From a virus: DNA of 49,013 nucleotides. Positions within the stretch are counted from its first letter, which is position 1; every line of letters starts with the position of its first letter. A model generated the notes under the pieces. It saw only the letters and a list, made by a program, of their open reading frames with translations. It searched no databases and was not told the DNA's origin. The position numbers and the translations under genes were made by a program. Positions 18,501 through 26,919 of the stretch are shown here, piece after piece. The DNA lies in UHGV virus genome UHGV-0069399; one strand, 5' to 3'.

Positions 18501-18572
18501 CAGCTCGTTGCTGGCTGTTTTCAGGTCAGAAACATCGGCCCGTAAAGTAATCGAGGCGATCTGGTCAGTCAT
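15525..18572 (-). CDS. tail tape measure protein
   Basis: 1015 aa, Ala/Gln-rich coiled-coil composition, position between G/T and M. Confidence 0.9.
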   Translation of the reverse strand: MTDQIASITLRADVSDLKTASNELDKLGEAAAGAVGKADDLNSVFRAGAESAKQGTEGIKEQQIALKGLLENIDPVNKALNRLDEQQAALRNFQTKGFLDTDDFQHYNKILDETRLKLTDTGEAAARAQAELAATQAAEKQSAALKNLLGSIDPTIRAFNSLDEQHAQLVAHFEAGRINGAQFEHFNTILNQTRERLSGVADVLPEALSRQEAAARRAGISVGQYSAAMRTLPAQFTDIATQLAGGQSPFLILLQQGGQIKDQFGGVQGALTGVGEYIRSMAGMINPTTIALAGLVGTVGLLATAAYSSSEQFDQVARSVIMMGGAGFSSMQKLNEAAEEVAGKTNTSISSTVDTLVTLNDTGKYTASQMKQIATSITLMGKAGSDTKTAMSDFGKIVSDPVKGLASLNEQYGFVDEAMMKHIIQLRKQKGEQAAVNEAINLFAGVMAKRAEETNRATDNIGQSWQWLKKTASDSFDDIGITVRAWGNQVIDIFNLVEASIKDLFLNITSLDSKFTGTIAGWAEKIPGGGAITDFLGMDVEAMKKAGAEADKEIAANKKRYDELWKRVTAPNAQASYEAEARGASVKGEGGSSRESRNAVSKLAEDSAKKTKEAKATLDAGDRTLENYRAQARTLTETLETLRQTGDIHAKNTEFSKQQSRFVELDEAAKTRALTAQEKSLLSSREAILNAAKVVDQKNKEVEAQQKINGLAQQANKYVTQMAEKSEALRSGSGLSSRMAQRMTEEAQLRQGWLNGGGKLEDAGYEKELAALRNYYAEEDKLRGDWKAGALSGWNEYLDAATNTYDAVKNVASSTLTGLGDMLTELMTTGKASVKEFGKSMLKMILDVTNRLMVAYAVQAAMGWISGGSVASAGGGQSFAVPSFTPNAKGGVYESPGLSKYVNGVYDSPQYFTFQGASKFAKGGVFAEAGEEAIMPLTRDSAGRLGVRAQGGGGAQPQVNIDIYVDNKGNATSNTSGDGGAAARALGKEIETKVTEILMRATRSDGLLGRQFQPK

Positions 18573-18887
18573 TATTTCGTCTCCTTATGCATTACCTTGA
18601 GAGCCTCGCTTTCCATAATCTGAAGGTCAGCCATGCAGGCCGCCGCATCCTCAACCCCGTGTAACTTAAACATCCAGGGGAGAACATTGTAATCAAGGCC
18701 GGTCGCCCCGCTCGCACCAACGCGCCATTGAGTCGCCAGTACAGAGAAGATGGTGAAGGCTTTCCATACCGACGGCAGGATCCCCACCTCTTCCTCCACG
18801 TCCTCAGGCATCAAACCAAAAGCGCTCAACTCCGCGAGAGTCGGTCCCGGCGTGTACAACGCTGCGGCGACCTGCCTCAGTTTTTTT
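18572..18887 (-). CDS. tail assembly chaperone T-frame extension (G-T fusion by -1 programmed frameshift)
   Basis: G-frame reads CGC GAA AAA AAC TGA; slipping -1 on the A-run (18881-18887) continues as KKLRQVAAALYTPGPTLAEL into this ORF; arrangement is identical in logic to lambda G/G-T. Confidence 0.7.
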
Positions 18888-19215
18888 CGCGGATACCCAT
18901 CAGTTCTTTGGTGTAGGCCAGACCGATGCTGTCGAAAGCGCGAGGATAGTTCTTCAGGAGGACAATTACGTTATCGCGAGTGAACTCGTCAGGCAGGGCC
19001 CAGCCTTCGACGATTTCCATCAAGTAATCGGCCTGCGGTTCGACGGGGGCTTTTTTACCTTCAGCTGATTTCTGCAACTTCTCATCCATTACGCGCAGCT
19101 CTTCGAGCGTCTTATGGCGGGAAGTGAAGGTCAGTTTGCCGTCTTCAGCGCCGGCGCGCGGGATGCTGGCGGTTACGGAAAAGGTAGGATTCGGGATCAG
19201 AGAGAATTTGGTCAT
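18877..19215 (-). CDS. tail assembly chaperone G
   Basis: 112 aa directly upstream of the tape measure gene; ends at the slippery site. Confidence 0.8.
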   Translation of the reverse strand: MTKFSLIPNPTFSVTASIPRAGAEDGKLTFTSRHKTLEELRVMDEKLQKSAEGKKAPVEPQADYLMEIVEGWALPDEFTRDNVIVLLKNYPRAFDSIGLAYTKELMGIREKN

Positions 19216-19256
19216 GAAGTTATCTCAGAATGGCCCGGCGAACCGGGCATAATTGG

Positions 19257-20189
19257 TTAGCTGATAGTGACAACGCACGCAGCCGATGTGATGGTTTTGC
19301 CTGCGGCGTCGGTGACTTCGCAGGTGTAAGAGCCAGCATCACCGGATGCCACAGACGGGATGTTGAACGTCGAGGCCGTTTTGCCCGGAATGGCTGTGCC
19401 ACCCTTCTTCCACACGTAGGTGTAAGGTGCTGAACCGCCCTGCATGACCACAGCCAGGTCCAGAGCTGAGCCAGTAGCAACAGATTTTGTTGGGGACAGG
19501 TCAGTCAGGAATGCCAGCGGCACAGCGGAGGAATCAGCGATCGGGTAAATCTGCATATCCGATTCGAAGTTCATGCGCGCTTCGTTACTTTCCACGGCAT
19601 TGATTTCGGTACGTGGTACCTTCTGGAAGGACACTTTGGCAGAGTAGTAGCGATCAGCTTTACCGCGTGGGTTATGGAACCATACCGCCGTAGTATCGCT
19701 CGACTCGTCGAGTTCAATCAGGCGTTTGTAGATAGCCAACTGCGGGTCATGAGCGAAAGTGTAGACCTGCACCACAGCGTTTTTAAACGTCGGGATAGTA
19801 CGGGCCTTATCATCCTCCAGGAACTGGATGCTGATAGTCTGCTGGTCACCACCTTCGGTAGATAAGGTCATGACCTGAGGCATGGTGATCCACGAATCGA
19901 TTTTACGAAGCGTACCCGCACCGGTACCTGCCGGAAATTTCGTGGTATCGGTGGTATCGAACGCTTCCAGCACGATTTTAGTACCGGTGACTGATTTGAC
20001 GCGCACCACCATGTTGTCGAGCTTCAGCCAGCCAGAGCTGACCTGGACGACATCACCCGCGAGGATGCCAGCCGCAGAGGCAACGGTCAGTTCGCATTCC
20101 GTTGCATTGGATGCCGCAGTGAAGACAATCGGCGCAAGATAGGCCTTGGCCACGTTTACACGCGACCCGTTAGGGATTGCGAATGCCAT
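19257..20189 (-). CDS. major tail tube protein with C-terminal Ig-like (Big_2-type) domain
   Basis: 310 aa; C-terminal KSVATGSALDLAVVMQGGSAPYTYVWKKGGTAIPGKTASTFNIPSVASGDAGSYTCEVTDAAG is an Ig-like decoration domain as on lambda gpV. Confidence 0.85.
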   Translation of the reverse strand: MAFAIPNGSRVNVAKAYLAPIVFTAASNATECELTVASAAGILAGDVVQVSSGWLKLDNMVVRVKSVTGTKIVLEAFDTTDTTKFPAGTGAGTLRKIDSWITMPQVMTLSTEGGDQQTISIQFLEDDKARTIPTFKNAVVQVYTFAHDPQLAIYKRLIELDESSDTTAVWFHNPRGKADRYYSAKVSFQKVPRTEINAVESNEARMNFESDMQIYPIADSSAVPLAFLTDLSPTKSVATGSALDLAVVMQGGSAPYTYVWKKGGTAIPGKTASTFNIPSVASGDAGSYTCEVTDAAGKTITSAACVVTIS

Positions 20190-20204
20190 AGCATTCTCCT
20201 GAAT

Positions 20205-20666
20205 TTAAGTAATAAAAAACCCACCAGATAGTGGGCAGTAATCAGCGCGGTACTGCATGCTGACGGGGATGGAGTAGGTGATGGAGCCGCTGCTGCCGTT
20301 TGGTGCAGAGGTCGGACGGTCCTGTATTGGTGAACGAATCTGTGGCGGTCCGTTGATGTAAGTCGTGAGGTCACCATCCACCAGCGGTAGCCCTTCGGGG
20401 AAAGCGTCAGCGATGGACTGAGCCAGTCCTCTGGCCTGAGTCACGCCGCTACCCGCCGGAGCGATAATGTTGAGCTGGAGAATGCCCTGATAGGTTCGCA
20501 GTTGGCCTTCCATATCTTGCCCAACTGTTTGAGCCGGCAAGATGTAAACGCGCCCGTACGGCGCATTATTCGGAGGGGTGAACGCGATATTAGGCCAGGC
20601 GACAGGCAGACCGAGCGATGAGCAGATAACCGCGACACGGCTTTCCAGCAGGTCAGCGATCCGCAT
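20205..20666 (-). CDS. tail terminator-like protein (gpU-position)
   Basis: Position immediately upstream of the major tail gene; start chosen at the internal ATG to avoid overlap with the preceding gene. Confidence 0.6.
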   Translation of the reverse strand: MRIADLLESRVAVICSSLGLPVAWPNIAFTPPNNAPYGRVYILPAQTVGQDMEGQLRTYQGILQLNIIAPAGSGVTQARGLAQSIADAFPEGLPLVDGDLTTYINGPPQIRSPIQDRPTSAPNGSSGSITYSIPVSMQYRADYCPLSGGFFIT

Positions 20667-20673
20667 TGACTGT

Positions 20674-21273
20674 TCACCGACCATTGCGCACCTCGCTCAT
20701 AGCCTCACGGAACAGCTGCGCGGCATCCAGCGCAGTTATGCCAACCATGCCGCCAGGCGCCTGTCCAGAATGCCCATTCTCCAGGGCTATGGCATAAGGC
20801 AGGTTATTGGTGAAGTAAATCGAATTAACCTGCCCTACTCTGAACACCTCCAGGACCTCCATTCCACGTGAGTTAGAACCCTGCCCGGACGCATCTGGCG
20901 TCTCGTTCGATTCGGTTGGCTGACTATCAAATCCCACGTACCAGTTATTTTTGAAACGGCCTCCAACATACCCATCAGGCTTTTTGATATCCATCGAGTC
21001 ATTAACACGCAGCCCGCGCTTAAGTCGCCCTGACTTTGTGAGGTTGTCCGGGTCATCACGCAAAGCCGCGTTATGTTCCCGAACCGCAGTGTTGTAAGAG
21101 GTTGCCGTCTGGTTCACCTGCCAGATATCCGGCTGCCCGACGGGCGACATATCCACCAGCCGTCCGAGTATTTTGATACCTGTCCGGCGCACCACCTGGT
21201 CTATGTCCTCCTTTGAGCCATCGACGAACAGCTGAATAGCAGCCAGGAACGGCTGATTAGCAGTGTCAGCCAT
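20674..21273 (-). CDS. HK97 gp10-family tail-completion/head-tail joining protein
   Basis: 199 aa; C-terminal YAIALENGHS block typical of the HK97 gp10 family; position. Confidence 0.65.
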   Translation of the reverse strand: MADTANQPFLAAIQLFVDGSKEDIDQVVRRTGIKILGRLVDMSPVGQPDIWQVNQTATSYNTAVREHNAALRDDPDNLTKSGRLKRGLRVNDSMDIKKPDGYVGGRFKNNWYVGFDSQPTESNETPDASGQGSNSRGMEVLEVFRVGQVNSIYFTNNLPYAIALENGHSGQAPGGMVGITALDAAQLFREAMSEVRNGR

Positions 21274-21275
21274 AG

Positions 21276-21629
21276 TTACGCCCTCAGTTGGATGTTGTAG
21301 GAGATCAGTACATCAGCAGGCTTGACCGCATTCGGCTGCACCACGCGCCATTTCTTGCCGTCGATTTCGATGCGGTCATCGATACGCACTTCCGTTTCGA
21401 ACGTGGCTGCCAGTTTTTTATCGCCCGTGGCGATCAGGGAACCGTCGATTTCTCGGGATGAGTATTCGGTGATAACGCCGGTGACGGTTGCTGTTACTGC
21501 AGGTGTTGTGACTTCCTTGCCGAACTGATCTCGAATGGCGCTTCCGCCGCGGGTTAGTTGGTATGCCTTCCCGTTCTCGGTCAGCAGCCGGGTTGCGGTC
21601 GCGCGCATGCGCAGATAGCTAATTGCCAT
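21276..21629 (-). CDS. head-tail adaptor / head closure protein
   Basis: 117 aa from the internal ATG (MAISYLRMRATA...), which abuts the stop of the upstream connector gene; position. Confidence 0.6.
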   Translation of the reverse strand: MAISYLRMRATATRLLTENGKAYQLTRGGSAIRDQFGKEVTTPAVTATVTGVITEYSSREIDGSLIATGDKKLAATFETEVRIDDRIEIDGKKWRVVQPNAVKPADVLISYNIQLRA

Positions 21630-21630
21630 A

Positions 21631-22113
21631 TCAGCCCCTTTCGATACGGATCTGATTGCCGCCGACCACCAGCCCGCGCAGCGAGGAATAGAACCAAGGG
21701 AATGACGGCGCCGCCTTGTTGGTGCCCACTTCATACTGAACAGTCACAGCACCCTCGACACGTTCCATCGTCACCGCACCACCACCGGCAACCGAAGGCA
21801 TTAAGTCAATCTCCTGCGACTCGATAGCCATGCGGCACTGCGCGTCAACCAACCGCTGTGGGATAGCATCATCCGGCAGGTCAACACCATCGAAGCGAAC
21901 GCCAGAGCGAGGCCAAGATAGCGGCTGTGAAGCAACGCTGCGCTGCCCGCGCCATGACTTACCTTCCAGATAATCCATCGCCTGCATCAGCATCTGGTCG
22001 CACTCAGCATCATCGGTAGGTACGGTATATCCGCGCCCCGCTGCGAACGCACGCAGGTCAATAACGCCAGCGTAGGTGTTAAAGTCTGGCGAATGAGGAT
22101 CGGCCACCAGCAT
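21631..22113 (-). CDS. head-tail connector protein (gp6-like)
   Basis: 160 aa between capsid and adaptor genes; position-based. Confidence 0.6.
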   Translation of the reverse strand: MLVADPHSPDFNTYAGVIDLRAFAAGRGYTVPTDDAECDQMLMQAMDYLEGKSWRGQRSVASQPLSWPRSGVRFDGVDLPDDAIPQRLVDAQCRMAIESQEIDLMPSVAGGGAVTMERVEGAVTVQYEVGTNKAAPSFPWFYSSLRGLVVGGNQIRIERG

Positions 22114-22115
22114 GG

Positions 22116-22337
22116 TTATTCCTCCAGACGCCAGTCCAGCGCCAACCAGTTATCCACTTCGGCAGGGTGAACCTCAGCACTCAGCGGACCGTTGGGAAAC
22201 TCTGGAATATCACGCACCATGACAACCAACTCAATACCAGGCTGTTCCTGCTGGGCAGGCGCATGTTCAGCGCCGTTCTGCGCAGCAAGCTTTTCAGCCT
22301 CACGCAGCGCGCGCTGCTCTTTGGTCAATCCGGCCAT
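22116..22337 (-). CDS. hypothetical head-module protein (73 aa)
   Basis: Small ORF tightly packed between the capsid and connector genes. Confidence 0.5.
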   Translation of the reverse strand: MAGLTKEQRALREAEKLAAQNGAEHAPAQQEQPGIELVVMVRDIPEFPNGPLSAEVHPAEVDNWLALDWRLEE

Positions 22338-22376
22338 TGGGCCTCCTGAATAACAAAGGGGCCAAAGCCCCTGCGG

Positions 22377-23513
22377 TTAGCCCATGATGATGGCGGAATG
22401 CTCTTCCTGAACAGATGCAACGCCCCACGCCACACCGACTTCGTAACGCACCTGACGGTACTGACGGTACAGAGCGATCTGGAAGGTGATGCCAGAGACA
22501 GGATCGGTTACGTTCATCACATCGTCAGCGGTATCACCGCCTTTTGGCATGGCAGGAGTACGGCAAGCCAGCAAAAATGCGTTACGGTCAAAGGCAACGT
22601 TTGGCGCGAACTCGCTCAGCACAGTGACAGTTGCCTGGTCCGCCAGATCCTGACGCAGGCCCGGTGCGCCAATGGTGATGCTCGATGAGGTTGCAGCAAC
22701 GACCATGTACTGGTTGTCATCACCGTCGAACTTCACCGCTGTGCCTACAGCGATCCCACCAGTACCAGCAGAGATAGCAACAATGATGTCTCCCTCTTTC
22801 TTCGCGCCGTTGACCTTGTAGCCAGCCGCAGTGCTTTTCGCGGTACGCTTGATGTTGGCGGATTCATGCAGGTTAAAGCCCATCACTCGACCGATGATGC
22901 CTTCGCGCAGCAACTGATCGGTACCGGCTTCGTTTGCTTTGAACAGTACGGACTGCTTACCACGAATGGATGCCATCGCTTCGCCACCCAGTACCATGCG
23001 CAGGTCAGTAGTTGGTGCGCCGTTATCCACCAAAATCTGGCGGGCCAGCGCAGCATCGGATAGATCGTCTTTTACGCTGAACGGGGTATTTTTCGGCGTT
23101 CCGACGGCGCGGGAAGATTTGTAGGCCAGCGCCGCCAGGTCAGCATCCATTTCGTTGCTCAGTGCGCGGAAGGCCTGAGAGAACTGGTCAGCCAGGACAA
23201 TGTCATAGGTACCTGATGGCCCGATAGCAAGCTGTTCTTCACCATTCCATTTGACTGGGGCCATTTTAGATTTGGTGATTTTGACGTCCACGGTACCGAT
23301 GTTCTGATCGCCGTCGTTTGGCGCGGTTGCCGCCGGGGTGATATCAACGGTGGAGGTTTTCGGTGCAACGGGCGCGGTCACGGTCTGGTCTTTAGCTGCG
23401 GCATCGGCCTTAGCGTTACGGGCAACCGCCGGGATAAAGCCCACCTGCTCGCGGGATACGCGATTAAGCGCGGTGAAGATGGTTGGGATGAGGCCAGTAA
23501 GAGTATTGGACAT
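22377..23513 (-). CDS. major capsid protein
   Basis: 378 aa downstream of the scaffold gene and upstream of the connector genes; composition typical of coat proteins. Confidence 0.8.
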   Translation of the reverse strand: MSNTLTGLIPTIFTALNRVSREQVGFIPAVARNAKADAAAKDQTVTAPVAPKTSTVDITPAATAPNDGDQNIGTVDVKITKSKMAPVKWNGEEQLAIGPSGTYDIVLADQFSQAFRALSNEMDADLAALAYKSSRAVGTPKNTPFSVKDDLSDAALARQILVDNGAPTTDLRMVLGGEAMASIRGKQSVLFKANEAGTDQLLREGIIGRVMGFNLHESANIKRTAKSTAAGYKVNGAKKEGDIIVAISAGTGGIAVGTAVKFDGDDNQYMVVAATSSSITIGAPGLRQDLADQATVTVLSEFAPNVAFDRNAFLLACRTPAMPKGGDTADDVMNVTDPVSGITFQIALYRQYRQVRYEVGVAWGVASVQEEHSAIIMG

Positions 23514-23529
23514 TCAAGTTTCCTTTCGA

Positions 23530-24282
23530 TTAATCAACGATGCTCGTGCCACCGCCAATGACCGTTTGTTGTTCAACTGGCGGTAAGGCGTCGAAAGCAG
23601 CGCGTTTCATGGTTTTCTGCCCGGCCTGATGCTGCGACTGGTGAGAGCCACCGCCGCTGTTGCCGGACGATTTGAGGATGTAGTCTTTCTGCGGATGCAA
23701 CTCGACCAGCGATTCCAGCGCTTCATCGAAGCTGGCCAGTTCGCCAGGCTTGGTGCGGGAGAACACCTTGTTGCCCTGCCCGTCGTAGGCCACGACCTTG
23801 CCGTCTTCGATTTTGAAGTTCTGCCCGAAGTGAGAACGCACGAACTCAGCCGGGATCGCCATCTTCTCGGAGATGAACTTCGAACCGCCGAAGCGGCTGC
23901 AGATCATCTCGTTGTAGAGTTGGGTTTCCAGTTTCTGGTTCTTGCCGTTCGCTTCGTCCAGTTGCTGCTGGAAGACCTTGGTGATCTCAGCCTTCACCTG
24001 GTCAACGGCGCCAGCATCGATCAGTTTCTTCTGGTCGATTTTGGTCACCATCTCCAGGGCTTCGAGCGCCTTGGTCGGGTCGGTGATGCCAGCGAATTTC
24101 GCGAGACCGGCTTCCGCTGTTTCCTTCGCCTCACGGTGAGTTTTGGCTTCACTATTCAGGGAGGTAATTTTGGTCATCGCTGCGACCGCGTCGAACGGAA
24201 TCTCTTTGCCGTCGTCATGGACGTACACAGGCATACCGTTTTCAACGACCACATTTCCGTTAACATCGAGTTTGAGTTTCAT
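23530..24282 (-). CDS. scaffolding protein
   Basis: Highly charged, helical (KE-rich) protein between the head-morphogenesis and capsid genes; start chosen at MKLKLDVNG with GGAG RBS. Confidence 0.65.
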   Translation of the reverse strand: MKLKLDVNGNVVVENGMPVYVHDDGKEIPFDAVAAMTKITSLNSEAKTHREAKETAEAGLAKFAGITDPTKALEALEMVTKIDQKKLIDAGAVDQVKAEITKVFQQQLDEANGKNQKLETQLYNEMICSRFGGSKFISEKMAIPAEFVRSHFGQNFKIEDGKVVAYDGQGNKVFSRTKPGELASFDEALESLVELHPQKDYILKSSGNSGGGSHQSQHQAGQKTMKRAAFDALPPVEQQTVIGGGTSIVD

Positions 24283-24406
24283 TGTTTTGCTCCAGCCTTC
24301 CGGCCATTGGTAGTGGGTCATCCGACCCGGTCACCGCGTCGCATCCGCTCAGCGGCAGGCATAAAAAAGGCCACCCGAAGGCAGCCTGATGTTGATTAGG
24401 TTTACG

Positions 24407-25510
24407 TTACTCGAATGCCGACGCATCCACACGGCGCAGTTCCTCCAGGGTCATGAACTCCCCTGCATCGTTGAACAATTCCGGCACAGTGATTTTACCG
24501 TCACGCAGCATCTGCGCACGGGTGACGCCCAGCACCTGCTCCTGTCGCGCGTACGGCTGCCGGGTAAGCCAGTCGGCATAGCTGGTATGCGCTGGTACCT
24601 GCCCGTCCATTGACGCGCGAGTGGCGTTGCTCAGCTCGCCAGAGGGTATCTGCAATTCCTCCCACGATTTGGTGATCAGGATTTCGCCGGAGCGGCAGCA
24701 GAAGTGGATTTTGCCGGGGCCGCGCAGATACGGGATTGCATGGCCCAGCGGCCTGCCGTCAAGAGTGTAGAGCTTGCGGTCTCGAATGATGCACCACTGA
24801 CTGGTATGCGTATCCAGCGTGGATGACCATTGCTTAGCCTTGACGATATCGCTGTTGGCCTGGGCGAACTCCTGGCGCGCCGTTGCGGCCATATGATTCA
24901 CCGCGGTGCGGGTCACCACTGCCAGGTCACGGCGAGAAGTGTTAATAATTCCGTTCTGGCGGTTAAGTTGCGGCGTGCCGGCGACGCGCTTCACGATCTG
25001 CTCGACGGTTTCACCCTGAAGAAATCCGGAACGCACGGCATTGGTGATTTTATCCAGCCGGTCGGCTTCAAGCTTCTGTCCCCACTCTTTTAGCAATCGC
25101 CCCTGAAACGGCTGCGCTGCTGCAGCGGCGTAGACCTGCTCTGATGCGATGCTCTGCAGCGGAACGTGCTTCAGGATCTGCTTAGGAATGATGCTGCTGA
25201 ACAGGTCAATCTGATACCCGGTCTCATACTCAACGTAGCGCGTCAGCTCGCGAGCCAGCGCCTCGTTAACTGGCCCATAGGCCTGCTGGTTCAGGTCACG
25301 CACACCAGTCAGCAGAGAAGCCAGGCGGCGGGCGCTGTAGGTATCCGCCCGCTTGCCGTCCAGCAGCACTAACAGTTTCGCGGCTAGTTCTGCATCCAGT
25401 TTGTTCAGCAGCGCCACCATGCGTCGGGCGACGCTTGTGCCGTAGCGCGTCACATACAGGCCGTGAGCAATGGTCTCGTCCTGCAGGCGGTCATTGACGG
25501 AGCGCACCAT
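24407..25510 (-). CDS. head morphogenesis protein (SPP1 gp7 / Mu F-like minor capsid protein)
   Basis: 367 aa immediately downstream of the portal gene; size and position fit the family. Confidence 0.75.
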   Translation of the reverse strand: MVRSVNDRLQDETIAHGLYVTRYGTSVARRMVALLNKLDAELAAKLLVLLDGKRADTYSARRLASLLTGVRDLNQQAYGPVNEALARELTRYVEYETGYQIDLFSSIIPKQILKHVPLQSIASEQVYAAAAAQPFQGRLLKEWGQKLEADRLDKITNAVRSGFLQGETVEQIVKRVAGTPQLNRQNGIINTSRRDLAVVTRTAVNHMAATARQEFAQANSDIVKAKQWSSTLDTHTSQWCIIRDRKLYTLDGRPLGHAIPYLRGPGKIHFCCRSGEILITKSWEELQIPSGELSNATRASMDGQVPAHTSYADWLTRQPYARQEQVLGVTRAQMLRDGKITVPELFNDAGEFMTLEELRRVDASAFE

Positions 25511-25511
25511 G

Positions 25512-26915
25512 TCACACCTCGTCCGGTGGTGGTTCGGTCAGCGAAGATGACTCTGTCAATAGCTCGCTCAGCACCAAATCGGGATCCGCATCAGCATCAA
25601 TAAGGTTGAGCTTCTGCAGGGCTTTAATCGCATCGATACGGCGGAGGTCACCACCCTGACGCAGTGACTGAATAGCCAGCGCAGCAGGCGGGTTGAACTC
25701 TTTCGACTCTACATCCAGTTCAGTGCGGACATCGACGTTGCCACCCTCCTTCTCGCCGATGTACTCAGCCATGATTTGCAGGATGTTGTCGATCGCATCT
25801 TCCAGGCTGGTTGCCATGGTGTAGAGCGGCGACTGTTCCTGCATTTTCTCTTCCGAGGTCTGGTCTACGGACTTGGTTGAAGTGTTGTCGGTGCGCAGCA
25901 GCTTTGCGCCCGCCTGGCGCATCTGCTCTACCAGGTCGGTTAGGGACTCTTTACCAGCACTGATCGAAGTACCTGTGTGTTCGACGTATTCAAGCCCCTG
26001 TTTCTGTCGATCGGAGAATTGAGTTGCAGACGAAGAACCGATAACCAACTCTTGCCCCTCCTCCAGTCCGAATACTGTTAGTAGCGGCACCCGCGCGACG
26101 TGCAGGATGTTGTCCTGCTCACTCTGGCTCTGCCAATGCTTGATGTTCAGCAGCGCCATGTTCAGCAGCGGCGGAGAAGCGCACATAAACCCGGTGCGCT
26201 TGGTGTAGAGCGTTACCAAGGTGATATCCCTGCGAGAGGTTTGCCATTCGTCGTGTAACGCCCAGGTGGCCTGCCCTTCTGCACCGGTAGACTTCCGGTA
26301 AATCTGCACCATGCCCGGCGTCAGGAGGCGGATCTGTTCGACTTTCGTCTGCCCGAAGTCATCGCCATCCTCGACAATCACCTCTTTGATGCGCAGCTCG
26401 GTCAATACGACCTTGCCGCCGGTCATCTTAGATTTCCAGCCGATCAGCTGTCGGGGATTCAGCATCGTTACGTACGGTCGTGCGCCAGTGGCTTTCTCAT
26501 CCGCCTTGGTCTTCACTTGCTCGGCGTCCACCCGGGGGTAGTCCACCAGCGCATGGGAAAGCCCATACTGCATCGCCAGGCTGAAGAACGACTGCGCCCA
26601 TACATCCAGGCGGGTGCCTTCAAGGTCCACGTCTTTTGCGAACTCGCGCAGCTGATCTGGGACGTTCTCGCCCAATTGGATGGGTTCAGCAAATACGCGC
26701 CCAACATTCTGGTTGATCGTCTCTTCGTAGGCAGGGAGAAGCGTGGCCACTGCCAGGCGCTTTTTGTAATCCTCTTTATCTTCCTTCGGCCAGCGCGGCA
26801 GATAGGCCTCACCCAGCTGACGCATGTACAGCGTGCCGCCCATCAGGGCGTCGTTAATGTCCCACGCCTGCACCATGTTCCCATAGTCCAGATTGGGTGT
26901 TGAAATATCAGGCAT
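25512..26915 (-). CDS. portal protein
   Basis: ~470 aa directly downstream of the large terminase gene; acidic C-terminal tail. Start is uncertain (ORF-track start 27062 overlaps terL; ATG 26915 chosen). Confidence 0.8.
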   Translation of the reverse strand: MPDISTPNLDYGNMVQAWDINDALMGGTLYMRQLGEAYLPRWPKEDKEDYKKRLAVATLLPAYEETINQNVGRVFAEPIQLGENVPDQLREFAKDVDLEGTRLDVWAQSFFSLAMQYGLSHALVDYPRVDAEQVKTKADEKATGARPYVTMLNPRQLIGWKSKMTGGKVVLTELRIKEVIVEDGDDFGQTKVEQIRLLTPGMVQIYRKSTGAEGQATWALHDEWQTSRRDITLVTLYTKRTGFMCASPPLLNMALLNIKHWQSQSEQDNILHVARVPLLTVFGLEEGQELVIGSSSATQFSDRQKQGLEYVEHTGTSISAGKESLTDLVEQMRQAGAKLLRTDNTSTKSVDQTSEEKMQEQSPLYTMATSLEDAIDNILQIMAEYIGEKEGGNVDVRTELDVESKEFNPPAALAIQSLRQGGDLRRIDAIKALQKLNLIDADADPDLVLSELLTESSSLTEPPPDEV

Positions 26916-26919
26916 GGAG

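Noticed and set aside
16015-18600. Several plus-strand ORFs within the tape measure gene (e.g. 17194-17772, 17851-18255, 18286-18600)
   Set aside because: All lie antisense within the tape measure coding sequence, with Ala/Ser/Cys-rich translations and no RBS; treated as frame artefacts.
23629-24399. 256-aa plus-strand ORF opposite the scaffold gene
   Set aside because: Antisense to the scaffold coding sequence in a region with strongly biased codon composition; no independent start signals.
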